Source: Phoronis australis
Taxonomy: Eukaryota; Animalia; Phoronida
Length of the DNA stretch: 64,000 bases
NCBI GenBank assembly: GCA_002633005.1
Contig: NMRA01000335.1
Location: 310,001-374,000 of the forward strand
Direction of reading: 5' to 3'
A program made the translations under genes and the position numbers. Positions 1-51,903 of this stretch are shown in pieces. Positions within the stretch are counted from its first letter, which is position 1, and the number at the start of each line of letters is the position of its first letter. Below the pieces are notes generated by a model, which worked only from the letters and a program-made list of their open reading frames with translations, was not told the origin of the DNA and made no database searches.

Positions 1-542
1 GCTGACCTTTTACAGCCACCGCAATGTATATGTATCAAAATAATTCTTAATCTCAAATGTTTTTTGAATTATATCAAAAATGAAATTCATTGTGTTTTCT
101 TTTGCTGAATTGTGTGGACATAGCACCAAGAAGAGCGGGAGTATTATTTTGAGCAAGACGCCAATAGGTGACGCTAAAAATCGGCAGGAGTGCGTATCCT
201 GCGGTTGACTCAATGCTTCCCTCGTTTCATAATCGCCTTATTAAAAATACATGAATAAATGAAAGTATTAAACGTTACACCCCCTAAACAAGGACTAAAA
301 CAACGGTTTTCAAAGCTTTGCACACATGTCCATTGCATTAAAACTTCATTTATAGATGTAGACAAAACATGTTTTGCGCGTTTTGCATCAAATTTGCGGT
401 ATTGTTTTTTTTTCTTCTAATTTTATGATTTCTTCTCAACGTGTACTACGTAAAGCAGCGTCCGATGTTGACATGGGCAATGTGTCCAAGTCGTGGACCA
501 AGTTAACTTGGTCGGGTGACTTACTTGGTCTGCGACATCAAC

Positions 543-859
543 CATTGGCGGATCTAGGATACCATAAGGGGGGGCCCAAGATGTTGCCTCGGAGAATTGG
601 GCAAAGCGCCATTGTACGCACAGGCGGCCCGAAAAGTTGCGGGGGCTGGCGATGTGGACGTGTACCCAAATTCTATCGGAGGACTAAAAAAAAGGGAACA
701 CGGTTCCGCCGCGTTCTGCCCCCCACCCCCCACTTCAAATTGGTGCACTCGATATTCCTTCACGCTGCCGCTGTTTAATTTTCCCTGAACCAGCCAATGG
801 GGGGGGGGGAGACGGGCCCCCTGCCCCTCCCCCCTAAATCCACCCTAAATCCGCCTATG
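543..859. mobile_element. Non-autonomous DNA transposon (MITE) with GGCGGATCTAGG-type TIRs and 5-bp TSD
   Basis: Ends CATTGGCGGATCTAGG / CCTAAATCCGCCTATG are reverse complements with 2 mismatches. TCAAC is directly repeated on both flanks (538-542, 860-864). Confidence 0.8.
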
Positions 860-1938
860 TCAACATACAGAAATGAGCAGTACATCACATGGATACTCAG
901 GCTGGATGGGCCATAGAAATTACTCGACAGAAAACAAAGCAACTTGACAGACACATATCTGAAATCTTTTGTTGTGCAAACGTAAATTTAACCAAAATGA
1001 ACAGTTATTCAGTAAAGAGACAACTTAATAAACTAAGAGACAACAAGACCAATTTGAAAACCATATCATTCCTGGCTGGCACCAACACAGGGCCCGAGTG
1101 ATTTTTGAGCGATGACAGGCATACCAATAGACCAAAACAAACCAAACAAATGAACAATTATGACACAATTAGAGTATTGTAGTACTGCACAAGTTTGATG
1201 AAAATGCAGACGAATCTGGCCTATATAGATGACTTTACGTCCGAATAACCGAGGAACTTATTTCTATGTTATTAGTGAAATGAACATTTTCCCATAGCCA
1301 AATTGTTTTCATTTATAGAAAGCTCTTTAGAAACTTCAGAGTTCAGATTTTTTGCAGAGAAATGTTGCTTTTCAGATTTTAGGTGTGTTCCCTGCAACAG
1401 AATCTAAAATAAAAGAGTAGGAAACAACCAGATGACCACCTGAGATTGCCAATTTTAAGGCCAGGGGATACTTTGATTTGCAAACAAAAGTACGATTTTA
1501 TAGTTGATCAAGAGGGAGGATATAATTCTTTGGGAGTTTGCCATCATTCCTGTCATCATAGCGTGGACCTCGTTTTGCTTAACTTTTTTGCCATCATCTG
1601 ATCCACTTCTCTGTGTGTGATACAATCTCCTTGAGAAAGAATTAAGTTTCACGTACCGGTAGGCAAACTGTTGTTTACAGCTATTTTTACTTTTTGTTGT
1701 CTTCAATCCATTAACTACAGAAAATAAATCAAATACACTGGGTGATGTCGAAGAGGCACTAACAAAACACAAATGAATTTCCAATTAGTGATTGCACGCT
1801 CAGTTCATGTTAAGTAAACTTAGTTGAGGAGCATTTATTTATAGGTACCCTGAGTACATGCATAGCTATTTTCTCTTCTCTTAATGACGAAGCTTTAATG
1901 TGTTGGAGGGGTGTTTTGGTGCTGTCTTGGGACTGAAG

Positions 1939-3362
1939 CTAATCTATTTCTCCTGGTTTTATCTCGACTGTCACGTATGGATCAATCTCAGTCCCTAGCT
2001 GAAATAGTTCTATCACAACAAATAGACTAAAAAGAGAGATCCAGGGTACAGACTACTGTACATGGGATTCTAGGAACTGAAGCAATACACAATTACGGCC
2101 ATAAAAGTGACTAAACTGTGTATTTGACATATTTACTTCAATGTTGTTAACCAAGCATATGTGGAACGTTTGACAAAATGATGATGGTTTCAAGAAATTG
2201 TCAAATGGATTTAGAGGTTGCACTCTACCATGACAAAAGAATAGTTTATAAAGTTGTGACATCAGCGTATTTCTAAGCTGTAAGTCACCTTGGTTAGCTT
2301 CAGTCTCATTTCGGGATGCATATAAAACGTACAGTAAGCTTGTTCAGAGTGTTTCTTTTAATACTTGTACGAAAATGGAGAATTAGTTTACTTTGGTTAA
2401 ATTCAATGTAGTGACCATTTTTAGTTTACACATTCAAATGAAAAACTATAAATAATGAATAGACAAGATTGCTTATTTAGGTTAATAATGTCTAAGATTC
2501 TCTTGACAACTGTTGCCAACTTCATTCAAGTCTGCCATTATCTTGTGTCTTGTTCTACTCACAGGTGTTCATTTAAATGGATGACACCAGGGACGTCTGC
2601 ATAACCAACTTACACAGGGACATATAATTGCGCAACTGAAATAGTTCTCAATATATGATATAGCTGTAAAGCTATTATATCCACTATTACGAAAATATCA
2701 TCACGTTCTGGAAAGTGCATGAATGAAAATGAAAGCTTGTGTTAAATCACCAAGGCCTGTACAGAAAATCATTACAAATTTTGTATTGATACACCACCTT
2801 CACATCAACTTATTATTTTGTAAAATCATAAATATTGGATGCAGTGTTTCCAATAAGCTATTCGGAATGTTCCACGAGAGCTAGGAAAATAGGAATTTTA
2901 TGATATTCACCTAAAATTGTTTAAAACAAAAATGATACTTTAATTTTAAAAAAACGCAACAGCATTATTGAAATTTCATCAGGAACATTTAGATCAAAAA
3001 ATGAAACTTGTCGGTGTTATTGACAGCTTTGTTTTCCTATCAATGCACCTTCTTTATTTGCTTTACTAAAAATACCGGGTCTTGTGACCCGGTTAATGGC
3101 AAGCTGTTAAAATGTCGAAAATCGAATTCTACCGTTTTTCTACTTTTACTGAATTTAAACCTACTGGGCCAAGTTTCATAAAAGTCATATGCCGTATAGC
3201 AACAGTGACGTCGCATTATCACGCGCCACGTTGTTATTGTTGAACAATTCTCCTGACGTCATGCAACAATCAAACTTACCCAACGGATAACTTTGAAATT
3301 TTATACAACCCAGCCGAGTTGTTTAGCCACTCGGTAAAATACACATACTTGTCGCCAAGGTC
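1939..3362 (-). other. Candidate minus-strand small exons of an unidentified gene or pseudogene
   Basis: GT-AG bounded segments 2705-2756, 2614-2635, 2289-2354 and 1939-1998 join in phase to LGDLTQAFIFIHALSRTCAIICPCKHSEQAYCTFYMHPEMRLKLTKLGTEIDPYVTVEIKPGEID*. There is also a 14-nt segment 3349-3362 with strong splice sites. No family recognised. Confidence 0.3.
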
Positions 3363-3879
3363 CTACATAACATGAAACAAAATAAAAAACACAACTATGT
3401 AAGCAATCGCGGTATTTACTTTCATTATTAGCCCCGTTCCGTTAACAGAGGCTATGGTGAGATTACCATGGCGTAGTTTCACGACACTATTTTAGTCTTA
3501 ACTTAGATTGAAATAACAAAGCTGTCATTCCAACCCGTGTCACCTTGCGCTTCAGTGTTGAACAACGCTGGTGATGCAATACCAACAATTAAACTTGAGA
3601 CTTTTAAAAAGTTTCTTGAAACGAACCCCAGGACTAAGATTTCTCTTTCATCAAAATTATGATACGTACCCTATTAAAAACAGAGCATACAATACGATCA
3701 AAGTGGACTAGTTTGAACGGCACACCATATAGATGACGCAGATCTACTCCAGCTCCTAGTATAGAAACCTTTTGAAATTAACAGGCTTTTTGAACATTGC
3801 CTGGTGAAAAGACTAAGTGATCCCGTAAATTTAGGATAGGCATGCTGTATATGTCACCAAGATTGTTTTCAAAACAAGC

Positions 3880-5130
3880 AACATTTCCAAATTACTAGAA
3901 TTTATAACAAAACAAACTGATAATGTATTCGTTTAAACGTGAATAGTCAATAGTGAATTCAACAACTTCTTTATAAATATTGGCCCAACATTAGCTAAGT
4001 AATTACCAGTCCACGCTGACTCTAAATCTAATTCTTATATAACCTTGCCCAGATAAAAATCAAAATTCCAAGCGGCAAATAAAAACGATGTTTTAAAGTC
4101 CTAAGGCAATATCACAACTCGTAATTTAGTACAGGATTTGACAACATTTCCATCAAACTCATGAAATTACTCGTGTCATTATCATAATGATAAAACCAAT
4201 CACAACCATCATCAATCAATGTTTTGACACAGGAAATTTTTCCAAATGATTTGAAAATTGCCAAAGGAAATGACTTAGACGAACCTAATACTAACAACTT
4301 TAGGGCTTTCCCTCTACTTTTTGTCTTCTCAAAGTTATTAGGAAAAATGCCCATGACCAGATTTAAAACTAAGTTACTACAAACAATCTCCTATATGAGT
4401 ATCTAGAAGTTTTTCAGAAATCAAGGACAAAAGAATTCGTAACACTCGAACTAACTGACAGAATGAACCGACATCTGAACAAGCCTTTCGTTAGAACATA
4501 TTTTTAAGTTTTCGAGAATAACGTTTGACGACTCTTGTCCTGGTCTAAACATGTTAATCTGGTGCGAACAAACTATCTGTGACGTACTCAATGAATTCAA
4601 GAAACGTTTGAATTTTTTTACCAAGATTTTCTACTCCTTGATCCACACTCACGTAATTTTTGGCATCGCAATATGGGGATTTAAGAATGTCAGTAGATTA
4701 CAATTCCTTCAGCCGTACGAATAATCACAAACTCACGTTATTTTGTCAATGCAGATCCAATATGCAAATCATTCGATACCTCTGCCTGAAGACAATCTTA
4801 ATATATCCTGCTTTATTAAGAGTTTTTCCACAACCAACTTCCACATTGTTTTGAAAACAATTTCATTTGCTGTTACCGAAGTAGCAGACCAATTAAAAAT
4901 TCTAGTTCGTGAGATACCAAGACTAAATCACGGCAACTCACTGTTTTCATATTCCTAGAATCATCAATGGAAATAAAATATTCTCATCAGAGATGCATTT
5001 TCACTGGCAGGACCTTTAAGATATTACAGGAACAAAGTTTTGGATATTTATTTAGCATGCACTAAATCAATTGGTTCCTACTAAACCTATCTCCACCGCC
5101 ATTAACAATTCGATAATTGCGCTATTGCAC
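3880..5130 (+). mobile_element. Decayed non-LTR retrotransposon (CR1/L2-group LINE ORF2) fragment
   Basis: Frameshifted peptides FFINIGPTLA, STGFDNISIKLMK, IFPNDLKIAK and NNFRAFPLLFVFSKLL resemble the pre-RT NYRPISLLxxFSKILEK region. Boundaries are approximate. Confidence 0.75.
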
Positions 5131-5397
5131 AGAAACACTAACTGTACTCATTCTTCCGCTCATAGACGCACGCGCACACGCACACGCAAGCGTATACAGT
5201 TATTGCTTACACGTTTTAATTGTTGAAACAATCTGCTCTTGCTTTTCCCTGCGGAGTAAATACATGCACCTTTGATTATTTTCCAGGACATCAGGTTCAT
5301 TTGTTTTTGTTTTGTATTTTTTTTTATTCAGTTATTGAAGTACTATTGATTTCAGTCTTCCAATCGTATGTCAAATGCAGAAATAGCGAATGATAAG

Positions 5398-5820
5398 TTC
5401 TGGGGTTTTAAGTAGATAAACCCACCCGATGAAACGTCCATGGGTATTTATTAGGGAAATTATGCCGAATTTATTTGGTGTTACAACTTGTGGTGTCAAT
5501 TGTCCAGACAGTGGGGCTTTTATTCGGAAATTTCTTCTTAAAAGCCCGCTATGCGTCAATTTTTAGTCAAAATTTCAGTTTTGTGAAGCATTTATCCTTT
5601 ACAAAAACGAACAAAATGCTAGCGAACTATGCATTTGTTAACATAAAATTAAAAAAGCATTTTTAAGTAAAAAGTCAAAGGCAGGAAACCTGTGACTTTC
5701 CGTTTACGCTTCCCCTTTTCCGAATAAACGCTCGAGCTTTTATTGGGTGTTACTAAAACGTCTGAAGTTTTTCATTTTCCGAATACACGCCCATGGGCTT
5801 ATCTTCAGAAAACCCCGGTG
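5398..5820. mobile_element. Degenerate MITE with imperfect TIRs
   Basis: The start GGGGTTTT..AGATAAACCC..CCATGGGTATTTATT is inverted relative to the end CCGAATACACGCCCATGGGCTTATCT..AAAACCCCGG. Internal ATAAACGC/GCTTTTATT subrepeats. Confidence 0.45.
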
Positions 5821-7057
5821 CCTTCTCATATTTAGCATTCTTTTTTGAATTATGTTGTATTCCATTGTGTTGTATGGTGGACCTCAATGAAGCCTGTGGC
5901 GTTTGTTTTTGAGGATCTCCGGCTTATATATATTTATATGTATATGTAGGCCATACATGAACATCTCTGTCGCGTTGGTAAACGAACGAAAATAGAAGAT
6001 CGACTGCAATTTAAAAGTTTTGATGATTTCAGTTCTCGTTCTGTCACCTGCTAATGCATCATTTGCTTCAATCTTGAAATATTGTTTCAGAAATCAACAA
6101 AAAAATCAAACTCCGTATCTCACAAATTGGATATTACGGCCCTTGGTGAGTGGTCATTTTCCACAGTTGCCGTGTAATTCGCTACAAGTGTAGGTCACGC
6201 GTGACCATTTACCAGACTTTAAAAAGGATTTTCCTCCAAACCTTTGAGGGTTGTCGAGGGTTACAGAGCATTTTTTCTTTCAGAGAACTGGATAGGGAAG
6301 TACCAAAACCGGGTTTGGTATCCTTTCAACAAAAAAGTTCTCTGCTCCAATGACATTGTGAGCAGTCCGGCCATGGTGATCGCAACCCGCGTTTCATGAC
6401 TCATAACACTCATTCTACTGTGCAATCCTATTTTGCACTTAGTGACTCCCGCAGCTTTAAAGCTACAAGTTCGAATCTGAACTCAGAATTTTGAGATTTT
6501 ACTCGACTAAATTTCAAGTTTTTGCTGGTCAGTTTGTAACTCGAATCTGGATGCAACTTTGGGCAACACAGGCGTGTTTGCGTAACCTATAATATACCGT
6601 AACAAAGACAAAAAATTAAAAGAGAACGGTATATTTTCGAGGTGAGTTTCGTGTAAAAAGATTAGATCCCCGGCTCAGGTATCAGGTACATTCACCAGGC
6701 TCCTTATAGTAATACAGAGGGTGACTGTGAGACATCTGGTGAACGTGCAGCATTGTATGATCAGAATAACAATGATTTGAGGTATTTCAGGACAACATGC
6801 AACCAAACGCAGTACACAAATATGAATGGATCATATCTACACATGTCAATCACTTTGATACACTAACTCCGTGTTTTCGAGCAAGCGTCAGCTCCCTAAA
6901 CGTGTCGCTGTTCAACTGTAACTGAGATGCCTCTTGAAAACTGACAATTTCCGACATAATTCAGTGGGTACGTTGTAGCTAAAACACGCGATCGCAGTTT
7001 TTCTGAGACAGGAAATTCCGTGTATTGAGAGTGGTTTGAACTCGACATGAGGGTAGT

Positions 7058-7199
7058 GTTCAGTAACGCTAGGACATACTCGCTAAGACTTCGCTAAAAG
7101 CAAGACTTCGAGAGATGTCGTGAGATATTGCCGTGTATTTTAAATGAGAACACGTGATTTTGGCTAGATTTTTCTAGCCGCGAGATAGCTACTGAACGC
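7058..7199 (-). mobile_element. ~145-bp MITE family (CGTTCAGTA..CGCTAGGACC TIRs), copy 1
   Basis: Reverse-complement match to copies at 10612-10753 and 22736-22891. Confidence 0.7.
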
Positions 7200-7964
7200 T
7201 GATTATGTGAACGTGTGATGTCAGATACTGTACTGTCTTCGAGTCACCTGACATTCTTCCATATGTTGACAGTTTCTTGTTTGTTTGCACAAGTTATTAA
7301 ATATTAAAATTAGGTTCAGAAACTTTGGACTTATGTGTTACACGACTGAGATAATGAAAGAAAGATTTTGTCTGGGGAATCGGTATGAACAATTTGTAGA
7401 ATTTGACATTTTCAACGTCTGGGATCATTCCATGGCAGAGTCAGTGTTATCGTGTTAGCGACTGAGACGATTCTTGGCCTATAATCACCTGAGAGACGAT
7501 TTCATTTGTTCGGCAATAAATACATAATTCACCTGTTATCGTACCTAGTAACTCGAGCAAACGGCTTTTATTATTACATGTTCATCGTTTTATTGTGACA
7601 ATGTGATACAGAATTAAAAACACCGCCGCTTCATCAGTCGTACTTAGGTGCGTAATATTAAAATCATCAAAACATTTATATGTAACTGGAATCTCATGTG
7701 CGATTATCTTAAACCCTCGTAAGTTTCTAGTTTGGCTGATACGTATTACAAGTTTGCTCCCTTTTACCCGAGCAGACGACAATTCATCTGTTCATCTGCC
7801 TGAGGGACTTTACCATCTTCGGTCGTTTGGCATCGATTTATGCCTTGAGTATTAAAATACCTTTCCAATTTTAATTTTCCGCTCGAGTTTTTTAGAAGAC
7901 TTTTGAGTAAAATGACAGACTCTTTGCAAATGTTGACGCGCTTGTGATACAATGTGGCACAGTC

Positions 7965-7970
7965 TATAAA
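7965..7970 (+). promoter_or_regulatory. Putative TATA box of the villin gene
   Basis: TATAAA about 170 nt upstream of the villin ATG at 8137. Confidence 0.4.
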
Positions 7971-8136
7971 TTGAGTGCATGCGTATATTCGTAATACCCG
8001 TATGCAAACAACGTTAGGTGTGTAATCAGCGTGCATCAAGGTCCAGATCGAGATCAGTTACGCGCAGGTATAGGACAGTCATTATTCGTCGAGGTGGCAA
8101 GCTAGACACAGGCACACAATAACCGAGTATAGACTG

Positions 8137-46756
<38,620 letters not shown>

Positions 46757-47330
46757 AGCGAGCTGGACGATCCAAGAACCTTGGTCTTCGTGTGCATCAT
46801 TTTCCCAATGAAATTTTCGATTTACTTCCGGCACAGACTATGCACCCGCCTGCTTTAATTAATTAATTGGATTTAGCGAATAATATTTTCGACGCATAAC
46901 TGACTTGGATGAATCGGTTACCTTTCACGCACTAAGTATTTAGAGGAAAAGGCATGACATCGTTTTGAAGAATCCTTGAAACGTCACTTCGGCATTCTTT
47001 GATCACGGACTTCCATAATCCGTACCAAGTTGCTGGGGACCTCCTGCTGACGCCATGATGTCCTATTACGGCGGGATATGCGCAAGTGAAAAGTTATTGT
47101 TTCCGGTTTCAACGCCGCAAGTAACGCGAGTGCGACAAGCTTTGTATCGTAATGTCTTTGAGTTGTCATAGTTACTGTGCTTTAAAGATAGGTTACGGCA
47201 ATATGTTAGAAAATAAAGATGCTTGTGTCGTCTGCTGAATTTCCAAGACATCTTTCAGTAAAGACACGCACGCTGTTGAATTGGGTCAACGGAAATTTTT
47301 TTGATTTATTGTATATTTCAACATTTGACG

Positions 47331-47336
47331 AATAAA
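47331..47336 (+). promoter_or_regulatory. Putative polyadenylation signal of villin
   Basis: AATAAA 575 nt after the stop with a GT-rich stretch downstream. Another AATAAA lies at 47212. Confidence 0.45.
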
Positions 47337-49831
47337 CTGTAGGCGATACCGCCAAATGAATGAGTGTGTTATTATCCTGAAATTCTCAGTAATGACGAGG
47401 TCCTCTCTCCTTTTCTGTCAACAGTAAATAGGTTAATGTCATCCATCAAGGACACCATTCCAAAAGCGAAAGGTTCGCTCGGGGGGAGGGGTGGGATTGT
47501 AGAGTTAAGGTTTTCGTGTGCGGCATAACAAGTGGTTAACTTGGGGTCTTGAAAATATTGCGATTGCTACAAATTTTTGGAAACGTGGCAAAATGATTTT
47601 CCATTGACGTTCAGCTTTGCAATACGTAAATTAAGTATCACGCGCGGAAATTACGTTTGGTTTCATCTAAGATGCTTTTCATCTAGTTGACTTCCACGTC
47701 AGGACTGAAAAAATCACTGTTTCAGACTGTTTTCAGGCTTCCAGGTAATCGTCATTTTCTGCTATGGAAACAATGGAAATTAAAGTGACAGGGCCAGCAA
47801 TCAACGTCAGTAGGTTAGACATCACAACTATGATAATATGCAATCGTCTCACCGCTATGCAGGTGCTTTTAGTAAGCTTATCTTGTCAAGTTCATTGCAA
47901 AATGGTCAGTGGTGGCTTAGCCGTGTCTGAATTGCACCAGACATGCACAGATTAGAGGCCATGATATCTTTAGGCCCATTGCGCAGTGACGAAACAATCG
48001 TGTCAACTACATTTTGTACAACAGTGAATACAGTAGTTGATTGGCACTTATACACAACTTCGGGACATATTTGGGCACTTATATGAGTAACAGTGGGTAA
48101 AGTCAAGACTCTGACGCGCGTTCTGCAGCGGACGCCGCAAGGTGTTTGATGGCGAACATTTCACATCATGGTGGGCTAGGCCTTCTCACTATATATGTAT
48201 CGCAAGAAAGTGAATTTGTTCTGCGAAACTCGATTTATTCAGGATGTAATCCAGTTAATACGGGGGAGGGGGGGTACGTATCCTAAAATGTGCAATCGCT
48301 AAATTCTAGTGCTCTGGTTTGAAACTTAACAGGATATCAAACCCCCGCCCTCAGTGTTTTGATGATTTCTGTGACACTTAGTTTTCCACCCGTATGCTAA
48401 TTCATTGCTATAGCGTCAATCTTGCAATTGAAAACTTGTCCTCCCTAGTATGTCACAATATTGGTATATTATGGTCCAATTGATGTTATCGTGTAATTCG
48501 CTAAAAGCGAAAGGTCACGCTTGCCCGGTGTTACACGTACCGAACAGACTTTGCAAGGAGTTAAGTTCAAATTCTCCTCCAAACTGGAGAGCTGTCGAGT
48601 CGAGGATAGGAAAGTTGTTTTTAGTATTTATTCAGTATATAGCAGGTCATAAGCCGGTTTGATACTCAGAGACTGACTGAATGAACTCAGGCGTGGCTAA
48701 TAAAGTGCAGGTGACAATTAATCTTCTCACAATGATCAGGCAAATTTAGTTGCATTGTGAAACAGTGGGTTGAGTTCATTGGAAAATTGTCCGTAAAACA
48801 GCTCTGCAGTCCGCTTTGTTGCTAACTGAACGACAGGTTGTCTGGTATATTACGTAATGATCGGTTGGCGCCCTCCCGGCCGGGGAGTGGCGGCGGTATA
48901 CTCGACCACACTGATGAGTGTCGGAAAGCGTGCACTGAGTTATGAGCAACGCTCAGTCTCATGAGCTACATTACCGCGTTTTCCCGTTGCTCCGAACTTG
49001 TTAGATTCTATAGCCCAACAACAAGTTGGGAAGATGACCCCTAAGTAGCCAATATCTTACACGACTGATTCTGGCATGGTTGGAGGGCCAGCTTGAGTGT
49101 TCGATAATTGCTCTAATCTTCAATAAGATTGTATCTAGCCTGACTGGGCTGTGCTGTTAAACATAAAAAATAAGTTATAACATATTTGAACATAAATTAA
49201 TAGCATTTCTGAAATCCTCGTCAAATTGCGATCATGTAGTTTTTGAATCGCCAAAATCGCCCAACTGCAACCGAAGTTACGATAATCTATTTATTCGGTA
49301 TGTACCAATTCAATCTGGGTTTGACGGTGTACACACGTGGTCTGTAATAAGCCTGGTAGATAATTGGCTTGCCTGTTGTCATAACAGACAAAAGACTGCG
49401 CTTAATTGGCAGTTAACAAAGAAGCTAGCTGTTATCACAAGCTCAGAACAGCAACTCCTTTCGTCTGGTAAAGTCTGCGGGAAAACGCTGTCATGATGCA
49501 GTGTCATGATGTTCCCATGCAGCCGTGAAAGCTCGCATTCCTTGCACTGAGTTGAAGTGAATACCGTGGGGCCCCAAAGCAGGCCGCCTGTGAACTTATG
49601 GCGGCGGGCCCGAGCCGCCCTCAATCGGACATAGATCAGTCAGTGCTTGGCAAACTGCCGCTCCAGCAATAATTGGGCCGCGCTGCATCACTGAGGGGAT
49701 TATTAGCTCGGGCCCGAAAACCAGTCATAATTTGCCACTGCTAACTCTGCATTCAACTTTACTTTGTCAGTGGTGGCCCCACTCGCCTCAGTCGCCTGTT
49801 CAGATTAAAGTTTTACCAGTGGCCGGGGCTG

Positions 49832-50058
49832 CAGAGGCGGATCTACATGAGGTCCCCCCTCGGAACAGGATCAAAAATAAAAATTAAAACAAATCCCCAG
49901 AAAAACGAAATTAGCTACTAAAAACCACAACAAAAATCTTACACGGGAGCAGGGAAATCAGACGGTCCCGACCTTCCTTCCCCTCGCCGGCGCTATGCGA
50001 ATTGGATTCATTCGGTCGAATCCTAACCCCCCTTATTGAAAACGTAGATCTGCCACTG
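49832..50058. mobile_element. MITE with CAGAGGCGGATCTAC / GTAGATCTGCCACTG ends
   Basis: Flanks GGCTG / GGCTT (4 of 5 match) fit the 5-bp TSD seen for related elements. Confidence 0.65.
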
Positions 50059-50159
50059 GGCTTTGTAATTGGTTAGAGAAGTCAGCGAAAAGCAATTTCA
50101 GTTGTTATAACGGCCTCGAGACTGCCGGGCGGGGACCGAAAATCTGGTGTGTGTTCATG

Positions 50160-50476
50160 CATGTGGCGGAGGCCACTGAGAATTTCGGCAGATGCGCGTG
50201 CCTAGCCTAAAATATAGGGATGCAGGGGTCTCGAATTTTTGTGTTTGCGGACCTTTTGACTAAAAAAAAACGGTAAACGGGGTTTGTTCAAGGCCTATGC
50301 ATTGTTCATTCACCCCCGAAGTCCCCTGGTTGCGCGGCATCGGCGCCATGTCAGTGCTAGTCAGCAATTCCCACCCGTACTCCCAAATGGAATCTGGTAG
50401 AATTTTAGGCGGGGGCATGGCCCCCTTGTACCACCCCTCACCACCCCCCACCCCCACACCCCTAAATCCGCTATAC
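50160..50476 (+). mobile_element. Second copy of the 21227-21548 MITE
   Basis: Shared CCTAAAAT..AGGGGTCTC..TTGTTCAAGGCCTATGCATT..GCTAGTCAGCAATTC..CATGGCCCCCTTG..CCTAAATCCGCTA. Confidence 0.7.
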
Positions 50477-51903
50477 CGGTGTTCAGTCGGCTAGGCCAGT
50501 TTGACTTGGCCTTCACTGAACAATGAATCCCATGAGTCACTGGGGCTATTAAATACTTGTAGTCTGTGGTGGGGCCAAAGGTAACTATAAAATCTTTGGT
50601 GGGCCCGACTCTAGAGGGCAATGAGCTATATTCATAGACTAGCTAGAGGGCACGTGGAAAGAACAATGCTACTGGTGTCCTCTTTTTCTTTTGACTTGGT
50701 TTTAATGTTTCGGGAAACTAATCCGCTAGATGGCAGGCTAGACAGTGGTGGAAGAGGGGAATCCCCAAGAACTGAAGGATGGGCTAGATTTCCGGTGACT
50801 CATCATTGGCATGCTTGTTTGACGGTTTTCAAAAAGCCGATACTCTAGTAATAACCAAGAACTGAGAGTCTAAAAATTGATGCGCTGCAGGCAGAGCCAA
50901 ACAACTTATTAAGTGTTGCGAATAGATGAGATAAATTGTAGCCTACCATCTCAGACGGCATCTCTCACATGGATCATTTGGCATATCGGAGTGCCTCGTG
51001 CCGAGTAGTCATGTCTGGGCGTGATTCGGTCGGAGATTGACGATGATTGAGCGGGTCCATGGCTTATCGATGTCCTTGCCGTGACGGGACAGACCCAGTG
51101 TCAGCGAAGGTTCACCGTTTCTCGGGGTATTTTCATTGTCATGATTCTCTGCACGCTGCTTCCTCGACTGTATCATCCTGTGTCTGGTTTGCTCTTTGAA
51201 GAACATTAAACACCGAGATTTTAATTAGATTTGCCAGACATGTCACTTCGTCAGTATTGCTAAAACAACTTATTACTTAGGCAACAGGTAGCCCCTCGGT
51301 TGGTTGGTCAGTTTGCTGGTCGGCATTCAAGGCGATGCAATTGCTTACTTCATTACTCTGAACTAAAGCAACAGAGTGAGAGGTGATGAGTGAACTTTCA
51401 GCTTTTGACTTCTACTTCTAGGTTGACTGGTTGTTTTGACACTGAGAGGAGGTGAACAGGGTGCAGCTAGCTGACAAAGGACACTACAAATTCCGAATTC
51501 CTTGTTCTCTGGTCTGGACTGAAAAATATTAATTATTAACAACATTTCCCATTTTAAGCTGACAAAGTTAATATTCTCTTTACGCACATGGTGTATTGGA
51601 AAAGGCAACTATGTAGCCATTTGGCTGGCTACGCGGCGATGTAATTACGTAGTATTAAATGCTGTTTTGTGCCTGATCAGTCAATGTCCACAGTGGATCT
51701 TCACTCCTGGAACAATTATGTCTTTAAAGTTTCCTTGCGATATCTTGGTAGGTCCTCCCGTCTGCACTGCCTCTTGATATGAGGTCATGAGGTTTGGCTA
51801 CTAAGTATCTGCTGTTCAAAGTTAGTCTATCATCAACTACTGGTATTTTTGTCTCTATCTTGCATCCTCCTTTTCTCCTTGAGCGGCCAAGAATTTAGCA
51901 GCA

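Noticed and set aside
47906-48106. Saposin-like peptide in a minus ORF
   Set aside because: Cysteine spacing is incomplete and no supporting exons were found.
48911-48928. CTGATGAG..GAAA hammerhead core
   Set aside because: No closing pair for stem II before GAAA and no convincing stem III or cleavage triplet.
51009-51206. Minus-strand 65-aa ORF divergent from the ANK gene
   Set aside because: Stops occur in all frames before a usable donor, and no family is recognisable.
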